Shown here in pieces: positions 15,597-23,020 of a stretch of DNA of 23,020 bases. Every line of letters starts with the position of its first letter. Position 1 is the stretch's first letter. Origin of the DNA: Promethearchaeota archaeon (GTDB taxonomy: Archaea > Asgardarchaeota > Lokiarchaeia > Sigyniarchaeales > SOKP01). The notes under the pieces are model-generated. The model was not told the origin of the DNA. It made no database searches and saw only the letters and a program-made list of their open reading frames with translations. A program made the position numbers and the translations under genes. The DNA lies in NCBI GenBank assembly GCA_019058365.1, contig JAHPZE010000047.1, positions 1 to 23,020 on the forward strand, in the 5' to 3' direction.

Positions 15597-16526
15597 TTAA
15601 GGAACCTTATCCACTCCAATCATATATATATTTTTAAATTCATAATATCTAAGGTCTTTAATTAAATCGGAGCTGCGACTATTCCACCATATTTTTTTTT
15701 TATTCCAAATATCAATACCTTTTTGAATTTTTTTATTAATATCTGGTTCAACTATCACAGTGTTTCCATTTAATGCCCAACCCTTTTCTAAGTTAATATC
15801 AATAAAACCAGCGACAAAACATAAATTCGAGAATTTCATTGTTCTTGAGATAATGCCGTCAATCGCTATAGCATTATTATCTAATTTGAAATGCACTTTT
15901 TTATACCATAATTCTGCTTTTATCTCAATAGGATATTTTTTTGCATTTATATCCAATAAAATCTTTCTTAATTTTTTTCTAATTATGATTTTTTGGTGGT
16001 AAGCTTCAATGTCCCAAGCAAATGGATCACCGGATAACCATTCATTATCAATTATTTTAATTAATTTATTATTTTGATCATCAAATATTTTAACAGATAT
16101 TTGTAGATAGCCATCCTCAGAAATTCTAATAAGGAAAAGATTTTCATTATCAACTCTTATAAAATCTCCATTTCCAATGAAAAGATTACTTCCAGTTGAA
16201 ATAACAAGGTCTTCTTGATTAATTTTCAATAATCCCTTAGTATATCCACGTTGAATATTGAAAGGATTTTCTTTATATCTTCTTTGTTCATCCTCACTCA
16301 TTGCTCCGTCTGTCGCTTCAAAATGACAATAGGGGCATAGACACATCATATCTTCTGGTCTAAAATGTGGATCATCATCAGTATAAGGAATTATGTGATG
16401 ATATTCTATTATTGGCTTACCACATTTACAACATCCAAATCCCGATTCTTGTCTTAATTGTCTCTTTATAGACAAAGGTGTTGGTGGTCTTTTTTTACTT
16501 TTTTCGCTCAAATTTTCCCTTACCAC
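15597..16526 (-). CDS. HNH endonuclease (N-terminal) with beta-rich C-terminal domain
   Basis: LRQESGFGCCKCG..IIEYHHIIP...MMCLCPYCH. The true start may be TTG at 16511, about 29 nt downstream of a TTTATATA box at 16540-16547. Confidence 0.85.
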   Translation of the reverse strand: MVRENLSEKSKKRPPTPLSIKRQLRQESGFGCCKCGKPIIEYHHIIPYTDDDPHFRPEDMMCLCPYCHFEATDGAMSEDEQRRYKENPFNIQRGYTKGLLKINQEDLVISTGSNLFIGNGDFIRVDNENLFLIRISEDGYLQISVKIFDDQNNKLIKIIDNEWLSGDPFAWDIEAYHQKIIIRKKLRKILLDINAKKYPIEIKAELWYKKVHFKLDNNAIAIDGIISRTMKFSNLCFVAGFIDINLEKGWALNGNTVIVEPDINKKIQKGIDIWNKKKIWWNSRSSDLIKDLRYYEFKNIYMIGVDKVP

Positions 16527-16911
16527 TATTTAAATGTATTATATAAATTAAAATCTTAACAGTAAGGTTAGAAAAAAAAAAATCTTTAGCATTCTCAATA
16601 ATTTCATTCTTAGCTCTAGTACTCAATTTAGCTTGTTGACCTTCACTTATAGATCCAGCAATAGAACCTGGTATTAGCATCAATTCAGCACTCGAAGGAA
16701 TAACATCTTTTAAAGATAATTCCCCTTCTGCATCCGCTAATAAATAATCATTAACCATATCCAATTCAACTAAAATATCTCCAGCGGTTATTCCTCTGCG
16801 ATATGTTATTCTAATTACATCTTCATTTGGACCAATAGTATTTTCAATGGTAATCTCTTTAGCATCTTTTTTCACTAAATTTCCTAGTAAATCAGACTTT
16901 GAATTGACCAT
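16495..16911 (-). CDS. Hypothetical protein, possible ubiquitin-like (beta-grasp) domain with C-terminal extension
   Basis: EITIENT / VIRITY / TAGDILVELD / YLLAD / LKDVIPSSAELMLIPGSIAG follows beta-grasp spacing; GGTGG immediately upstream of the ATG. Confidence 0.5.
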   Translation of the reverse strand: MVNSKSDLLGNLVKKDAKEITIENTIGPNEDVIRITYRRGITAGDILVELDMVNDYLLADAEGELSLKDVIPSSAELMLIPGSIAGSISEGQQAKLSTRAKNEIIENAKDFFFSNLTVKILIYIIHLNSGKGKFERKK

Positions 16912-16984
16912 TCCACCAATTCATATATTTTGGGGGAGATGTATACTACTGAAAATTTTACATTGATTTTTTATTTATAAATGA

Positions 16985-17662
16985 TTGATAGATCATTCTT
17001 TCAAACTTAATATATTGAGTTTGGAAAAAATGACTGAAACAGAATATAGTAATAAAATTAAACCTACATTTCAAGATGAGCGATTTGAACAAGTAGAAGT
17101 ATTATTTGAAGTTTTCATATTGAGAAATATTCGTAAAAAGTTAAGAAAAAAGCTTAAATCTCTAGAAAAAATGATAAAAGGAGAAAGTAATTCAGAAACT
17201 ACCAAGAAGTTAGAAGCTTTTAAAATAGTCTCTACGGAAAACAATATTAAATTTGAAGATCTTATGTCTAGACTTAAAACTTCATATAACATTTTCAAGT
17301 TAGTAAATGAGCTTGAAACTAATCAACAGTATCTAACGAATCTAAACAAGGAGCGGAAAAAACGTCATATCGATGCGAAACAATATGAGATAACTAAAGG
17401 GTATTATCTCCAAAAAATGATAGATATTCATGATGCGATTAATCAACTGAAAAATATCTCAATATCTTATTATCAAGAATTAAAGGATAAGTTAATTATG
17501 CTTGAAGATCGCCGTATCAGATTAACGACAGAAAAACTTAGAAAAATAATTACGAAAGAAGAATTCAAACCGAAATCTGATGAAATTGAAACATTAAAAC
17601 ATCAGTTGGAAGAAAAATTGGCATTTTTAAAAGTAGAAATAATTGATTTAGAATTAAAATAA
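16985..17662 (+). CDS. Coiled-coil hypothetical protein (likely start ATG 17030)
   Basis: Long amphipathic E/K/L-rich helices throughout; no catalytic motif recognised. Confidence 0.7.
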   Translation: MIDHSFKLNILSLEKMTETEYSNKIKPTFQDERFEQVEVLFEVFILRNIRKKLRKKLKSLEKMIKGESNSETTKKLEAFKIVSTENNIKFEDLMSRLKTSYNIFKLVNELETNQQYLTNLNKERKKRHIDAKQYEITKGYYLQKMIDIHDAINQLKNISISYYQELKDKLIMLEDRRIRLTTEKLRKIITKEEFKPKSDEIETLKHQLEEKLAFLKVEIIDLELK

Positions 17663-17666
17663 AGAT

Positions 17667-18014
17667 TTGAGGTGTTTGCGAATGGTAAAATATTATAAAC
17701 ATAATAAAATAATAAAAGTATTAACTATTATTGGTAGTTTTGCTGGATTCCTTTATTGTCTTTATCAAATCTCAAGTACAACTCAAATAACTAGTTGGAA
17801 TGAAATCTTTGGTTTTGGTAGATTTGTACGTAATCTTATTGGAATGATAATAGCTGCCCTAACATTGCTTGTTTCTTTTAAACCAGATGATCCTTTGCCA
17901 TGGCATTGGCTACTTCTCTTAGCTTTTTCAGTACTCCTTCTATTTTTTAGTTATTTAATGGGAGGAATCTTAGTCCTAATTGGTGGTGTTCTAGGGTTAA
18001 TAGATGATATATAA
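17667..18014 (+). CDS. Small integral membrane protein (3-4 TM helices)
   Basis: Hydrophobic segments and a C-terminal GGILVLIGGVLGLI; GAGGTG at ~17669-17674 suggests the start is ATG 17682 (MVKYY). Confidence 0.7.
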   Translation: MRCLRMVKYYKHNKIIKVLTIIGSFAGFLYCLYQISSTTQITSWNEIFGFGRFVRNLIGMIIAALTLLVSFKPDDPLPWHWLLLLAFSVLLLFFSYLMGGILVLIGGVLGLIDDI

Positions 18015-18031
18015 AAAAAAATTTCATTTAA

Positions 18032-21000
18032 TTATTTTAAAATTAGTTTCTTTTTGAAATAAACCACACTAACAACTATAAAAATTATACTTAATAATGG
18101 AATCAAATAATATCCTGAAATTACTTGAGAGGGTGCTCTTGGGTGATCATCAGGATCTAAAGGGTTTGTTCCTCTATCAACTTCAACCCCATCATTCCAA
18201 TTATCCCCATCTGTATCACCTAATTGAGGATTAGTAGCTTGTAGATACTCTTCGATATTGGTTAACCCATCAATATCAGGGTCAAGATTAGCATCATTAA
18301 CTAAAGGATTCAATAAGTTATCAACCTCCCACTTATCTGGCATCATATCTGAATCAGTATCAATATTTAATGGATCGGTATTATAAATATACACTTCCTC
18401 TCCATCTAATAATCCATCAGAATCAGTATCACTGCTTAATGGATCGGTATAATAAATATTCACTTCCTCTCCATCTAATAATCCATCAGAATCAGTATCA
18501 CTGCTTAATGGATCGGTATAATAAATATTCACTTCCTCTCCATCTAATAATCCATCAGAATCAGTATCACTACTTAATGGATCGGTATTATAAATATTCA
18601 CTTCTTCTCCATCTAATAAATCATCCGAATCTGTATCATTATTGAATGGTTGTGTATCAAATTGATATTCTTCTAGATTAGTTAGATAGTCATTATCTGG
18701 GTCGAAAGCGGAATCATTTGTTAATGGGTCTAATTGGTTGTTTATTTCCCATCCATCTGGTATCATATCCGAATCTGTATCATCGTTTAGAGGATCGGTA
18801 CTGTGAGAATTCAACTCTTCCCCGTCCAATAAGCCATCTGAATCAGAATCAGAATCTAATGGATCAGTCCCATACAGATTAACCTCTTCCCCGTCCAATA
18901 AGCCATCTGAATCAGAATCAGAATCTAATGGATCAGTCCCATACAGATTAACCTCTTCCCCGTCCAATAAGCCATCTGAATCTGTATCATTTGAGGAAGG
19001 ATCTAACCCATTTCCTTGTAGTATTTCAAATATGTCTGTTAGACCATCATTATCTGAATCTCCGTAAACTTCTCTTAATGTAATTACTTCATTTCCTTCA
19101 ACTTCAATAAAAATTTCAAATCCAGTAATATTATATCCTTCTTCAATCGTAATGAAATCATTGTAATACCCAAATCCGGTGCTTGTACAGATTAAATCTT
19201 CTAACATAAAGGTGTTAAAAGTTATATTAGGCGAAATAGTGCAAACGGTTATATTTAATGTCTTTAGGAGCCCATGGCCATAGAGAATAAATGAATAATT
19301 TAGTTGATTTTCAATAAAATCGTAGGAAATAGGGCTTAATGCGGGATACAATACTGATTCTCCATCTATTCCATCATATATTTGTGGGTGATATTGAATT
19401 CCTGGCCCATAACTAGCAGAATAAGATTTAGTTCTTGAGGAAACATATGAAAAGCACTCTTCAGTTGATAAAATTCCATCACCATTTAGATCGTTAGCAT
19501 TATCTACTGATTCAAGAAGATAATAAGTAAAAATTCCGTTATTTAATACTGGGTCTTCCATACTAAATTGCCCACCCTTACATGCTGTCATAATAAAATT
19601 ATCAGTCGCTTGTGTTTCAGTGATCATCCCTCCACTATTACATGCGTCTATAACCACATATTTATGATCACAATTAAGGGTATTTAATTTCGAATCGAGC
19701 AAATTATCCGTATAATAATTGCTTGGGTTACTAGGTAAAGAATCATATGGACATAAATAATGTGGGCTTTCATATCTTATAACTTCAACCATATCAATTC
19801 TGAATCCCCAATAATAATCTGGATTATAATAATCACTTACTAAATTCACATATATTCTATTATCATTGAGGAGAGGAATCCAATCAGACCAGAAATTGGT
19901 ACCATACCCGGTGAGACTCTGATAATAATACCCCTCGGTAATATAAGTATCACCAATATAAAGATAATCATATCCATCCTCAAGATCTAATGTCTCAAAG
20001 TGAACTCTCATATATGCGGCATCAGTAACTGCATACCACCACGTGTAATCATAATTATCAGGATAAGGATGTGGAGATTGAATATAATGGGGAATTGTGC
20101 CAATATTCACAAGATCCGCCCCACCATGGCCTGAATAATAGAAATAGAAAATATCATCCTGATCGATCATTGAAGATATTGAATTAAAAGCATTATTAAT
20201 TGCGCTTTTAGTAGCACTGGAATCTTGTAAAAAGATAATATTTTCAGATCTGAAATTGTAATCGTCTATCAACATGTTATAGACTTCGATAGCATCATCA
20301 TCGCAATAAGAGAGGTCATTTTCAGTTCCAGGATAATTAGAAATACCAATAACAACAGCATACGCATTTCTAGGGTTTAAATTTTTAATAACTATTACAG
20401 ATTTATACCCTAAATTACCAGCTAAATCATTTGCATAGAAAGTGATATTAACATATCCGTCCTCGCAAGCATCCCACTCAGATTGATTTACTACTCCAAT
20501 TAAGCTTGTGATATTAAGTTTTATTCCATTATTTAAACTATACCATGTTCTATCTAAATGTACCTCATTAATTAGAATATTATAAGAAGGAAGAGAATCA
20601 AGAAAAGCATGTGATTCTGGAGCAATGATAGAAATATTAGGGGGTGTAGAATCTTTTACAATTTTCCTATCTTCAAAAGCAATATTATGAGCTAAATCAC
20701 TAGCATAGAATCTTATAGTTACATTACCATCTTCTTGTGAAATCCATGTGCTCTGATTAATTATCCCCAGAGGACTAAAAAAGGTAAAATTGGTCAACCC
20801 GTCATCTAAAGTATACCACATAGATTCCAAGTGGAGATCAGTGATATAAACAATATAATTTGGAGTAGAGACCCCAAAAAGCTCATAAAATAAAGGGGAA
20901 TTAATAAGTATTATTGGATCTATTGCATCCTTGTATAATTGTACTTCACTCACCACTTCACGTGAAATTGAATCATTAATATAAAACTTTAAAATTACTA

Positions 21001-22852
21001 ATCCCTCATCGGTATTATTCCAAGCATATTGATTTATCTCTCCAGAGCTATCATTGAACATAAATATTGGGCTGTTATTTATAGTATACCACGTAGAATT
21101 AATGTTTTTTCCATGCTTAATTATATTATAATTTAATTGCTTCCCATATAATTTAAACGATTCTGGTTGGATAATCTGAATATAAGGGGCATATATGTCT
21201 TTATTTATTTCAATTATTGTAAATCCTAAGTTACTAACAGTATCATTAGCATAAAAAATAATTTCAACTGTTCCATTATTGCACATTTCCCAAGCAGTTT
21301 GATTAATAGTAATAAAACTTGACGAAAATGTGTAGTTATTTAAACCTCCATCTAAAGTATACCAACTTGAATCTAAATTGGGATCATCAATCAATAGATT
21401 GCAATTTGGAGAGTAATTCCCATATACTTGATAAGGTTCTGGAGACTGAATTATTATAATGGGATCAACAATATCTTTTCGTACATTAACCTCTTCAAAT
21501 TCAATGACTCCAAATGAATCATTAGCATAGAATTTAATATTGAGATTTCCATTTCCATATAGTTTCCAAAGATCTTGATTAATCTTCCCCGTTTCTCCTG
21601 AGAAAAAATAATTTTCACTATTATTTACAGTGTACCATGTTTTATTTATGATGGATTCATGAAACTCTAAAGAGAAATTTGGAGATTCTACACCATACAC
21701 TTGATATTGGGTAGGATTATTGATACTAAATAGACCTAAACCTTCTAACTTGATTAACCATGCATCATTGTTAATATAACCCCCAAGAAATATGGAGCCT
21801 GATGAATGAATTAAGATATCATTGCACCAACTCGAAGTAATTTCAGTGGGCTCAAATGTATAATTCCAAAGAAAATTTCCTAAATTATCATGCTTAGCAA
21901 GACACCATTGATTGTTCACAGTTCCAAAGCTGTAAAGATTATCATACTTATCTAGAGCGATTTCTGCACAATAGGATAAAGGAATTTCATATTCTATAAT
22001 TTTAAAAATTAATTCTCCACTTGAATTGTATTTGTATAGAAAAAATTCATTATCTTCTGTGAATGATATAATAATATCATCTGAACTGTCACATTCGATA
22101 TCGTAATCATAGACCCATTGATAATCAAAACACGTACGTTCCCATAAAATACTACCAGAAGTATTTAATTTAAAAAGATCAGTTCCGTGGTATGGATAGT
22201 CCCCTACAACTCCTGCAATATAAATATTATCAGAACTATCAATCGCCATTTCTCTTACTCTTTCAGGGACATGACCAAGTGAGGCTAGCCATGTCTTATT
22301 CCAAATATGATTACCTTGAGCATTTATTTTCATTAAACAGTACTTACGATTAGTACCGTCATAAAAATGTTCTTTAAGTAGATATATGTTATTTTGCGAA
22401 TCTAAAACAAGGTCACATAAATCCCCACTCAACTCCCAATTAATTTCCCACAATAAATTTCCTTCACTATCATACTTGCTTAAGTTTGTAGAATAAGCAG
22501 CATAAACATTATTCATTGGATCACAACAGATTTTACTAAAAATACCACTGCGATTCCATAATAAATATCCTGAAGCATTATACTTTAATAATGTAAATTC
22601 ATCTGGTTCTGCTGTCCAATTACTTAATATTGCATATATATTTTTGTTAGAATCTTCTGCTAGAGAAATTATAGTTTGAAAATCCTTTCCTCTCCATGTT
22701 TTATTCCACAAAATATTAGGAGTCGAAGATAATTCTACAGAATGATCTATACTAAATTTATTGAAAGAAGGAAAGTTTATAGTTATAGTCTTACTTGAAA
22801 AAGATAGCAATATTAAAAAGATTATAAAAATGCTATTTTTTTTGTTCCTCAT
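18032..22852 (-). CDS. Secreted, C-terminally anchored multidomain surface protein: beta-propeller + 5 Ig-like repeats + caspase-family (C14) peptidase with CUB-like insert + TSP3-like Ca-binding repeats + Loki-CTERM-like anchor
   Basis: Signal peptide MRNKKNSIFIIFLILL; repeats of KYDSEGNLLW/DSSDNIYIAG; 5x WY(T/S)...FYAND; AYAVVIGISNYPG, DLSYCDDDA, FYYSGHG, VIDACNSGG; DSDSDGLLDGEE repeats; ISGY-TM-KKK tail. Confidence 0.85.
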   Translation of the reverse strand: MRNKKNSIFIIFLILLSFSSKTITINFPSFNKFSIDHSVELSSTPNILWNKTWRGKDFQTIISLAEDSNKNIYAILSNWTAEPDEFTLLKYNASGYLLWNRSGIFSKICCDPMNNVYAAYSTNLSKYDSEGNLLWEINWELSGDLCDLVLDSQNNIYLLKEHFYDGTNRKYCLMKINAQGNHIWNKTWLASLGHVPERVREMAIDSSDNIYIAGVVGDYPYHGTDLFKLNTSGSILWERTCFDYQWVYDYDIECDSSDDIIISFTEDNEFFLYKYNSSGELIFKIIEYEIPLSYCAEIALDKYDNLYSFGTVNNQWCLAKHDNLGNFLWNYTFEPTEITSSWCNDILIHSSGSIFLGGYINNDAWLIKLEGLGLFSINNPTQYQVYGVESPNFSLEFHESIINKTWYTVNNSENYFFSGETGKINQDLWKLYGNGNLNIKFYANDSFGVIEFEEVNVRKDIVDPIIIIQSPEPYQVYGNYSPNCNLLIDDPNLDSSWYTLDGGLNNYTFSSSFITINQTAWEMCNNGTVEIIFYANDTVSNLGFTIIEINKDIYAPYIQIIQPESFKLYGKQLNYNIIKHGKNINSTWYTINNSPIFMFNDSSGEINQYAWNNTDEGLVILKFYINDSISREVVSEVQLYKDAIDPIILINSPLFYELFGVSTPNYIVYITDLHLESMWYTLDDGLTNFTFFSPLGIINQSTWISQEDGNVTIRFYASDLAHNIAFEDRKIVKDSTPPNISIIAPESHAFLDSLPSYNILINEVHLDRTWYSLNNGIKLNITSLIGVVNQSEWDACEDGYVNITFYANDLAGNLGYKSVIVIKNLNPRNAYAVVIGISNYPGTENDLSYCDDDAIEVYNMLIDDYNFRSENIIFLQDSSATKSAINNAFNSISSMIDQDDIFYFYYSGHGGADLVNIGTIPHYIQSPHPYPDNYDYTWWYAVTDAAYMRVHFETLDLEDGYDYLYIGDTYITEGYYYQSLTGYGTNFWSDWIPLLNDNRIYVNLVSDYYNPDYYWGFRIDMVEVIRYESPHYLCPYDSLPSNPSNYYTDNLLDSKLNTLNCDHKYVVIDACNSGGMITETQATDNFIMTACKGGQFSMEDPVLNNGIFTYYLLESVDNANDLNGDGILSTEECFSYVSSRTKSYSASYGPGIQYHPQIYDGIDGESVLYPALSPISYDFIENQLNYSFILYGHGLLKTLNITVCTISPNITFNTFMLEDLICTSTGFGYYNDFITIEEGYNITGFEIFIEVEGNEVITLREVYGDSDNDGLTDIFEILQGNGLDPSSNDTDSDGLLDGEEVNLYGTDPLDSDSDSDGLLDGEEVNLYGTDPLDSDSDSDGLLDGEELNSHSTDPLNDDTDSDMIPDGWEINNQLDPLTNDSAFDPDNDYLTNLEEYQFDTQPFNNDTDSDDLLDGEEVNIYNTDPLSSDTDSDGLLDGEEVNIYYTDPLSSDTDSDGLLDGEEVNIYYTDPLSSDTDSDGLLDGEEVYIYNTDPLNIDTDSDMMPDKWEVDNLLNPLVNDANLDPDIDGLTNIEEYLQATNPQLGDTDGDNWNDGVEVDRGTNPLDPDDHPRAPSQVISGYYLIPLLSIIFIVVSVVYFKKKLILK
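18368..18640. repeat. Coding tandem repeat, 69-bp unit, ~4 copies (TDPLSSDTDSDGLLDGEEVNIYY)
   Basis: Units start at 18368, 18437, 18506 and 18575 and are near-identical at the DNA level. Confidence 0.95.
18815..18982. repeat. Coding tandem repeat, 69-bp unit, ~2.4 identical copies (DSDSDGLLDGEEVNLYGTDPLDS)
   Basis: Units start at 18815, 18884 and 18953. Confidence 0.95.
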
Positions 22853-23020
22853 TTTTCTTTTCCTTGATAATTGTCTAATATATAATTATTATATTTTAAT
22901 TTTTAAAATCTTTGAAATTAACTATCAATAAAGAAAATTGTAACAATTAAAAAAAAAACAATAGTAATTGAGTAAATTTTACTCTTAATTTTTTTAATTC
23001 TTTTTTGTTATTTTTCTATT

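Noticed and set aside
15597-16526. IscB/Cas9-like RNA-guided nuclease
   Set aside because: No RuvC motifs or PLMP domain; HNH only
11737-17298. Short ORFs 11737..11952, 13415..13621, 13727..13921, 14474..14884, 15760..16002, 17071..17298
   Set aside because: Antisense shadows of better-supported genes
16985-17662. CdvA/ESCRT-related coiled-coil protein
   Set aside because: Only generic coiled-coil character; no PRC barrel, no recognisable Snf7 motif and no ESCRT neighbours
18370-18645. 91-aa + strand repetitive ORF
   Set aside because: Antisense shadow of the tandem repeat in the 1606-aa gene
18368-18982. Regularly spaced repeats as a CRISPR array
   Set aside because: Units are contiguous 69-bp in-frame coding repeats without unique spacers, and no cas genes are present

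Overview
Very AT-rich archaeal-type window, most consistent with an Asgard (Lokiarchaeia-like) genome. Support for that is a Loki-CTERM-like anchor on the surface protein, a GAGGTG-type ribosome binding site and TATA-like promoters. Bases ~700-16900 read as a defence island. It holds a DUF6293/CARF-like wHTH regulator with a palindromic operator candidate, and a tightly coupled three-gene + strand operon: a multi-Zn-ribbon protein, a 978-aa protein with a HEPN-like C-terminal domain, and a 1775-aa DruE/YprA-like DEAH helicase-DUF1998 fused to a DUF3883-type nuclease. These are followed by a - strand run of stand-alone nucleases (Smr-Zn ribbon, NYN, GHKL ATPase-PD-(D/E)XK, HNH), a possible ubiquitin-like protein, and a 43-aa ORF missing from the ORF track. 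No methyltransferase, integrase, transposase, tRNA or CRISPR array is visible. The right end encodes a 1606-aa secreted, membrane-anchored protein whose caspase-family (C14) peptidase domain is split by a CUB-like insertion between the catalytic His and Cys. All family calls come from motif recognition by eye; no database searches were run.
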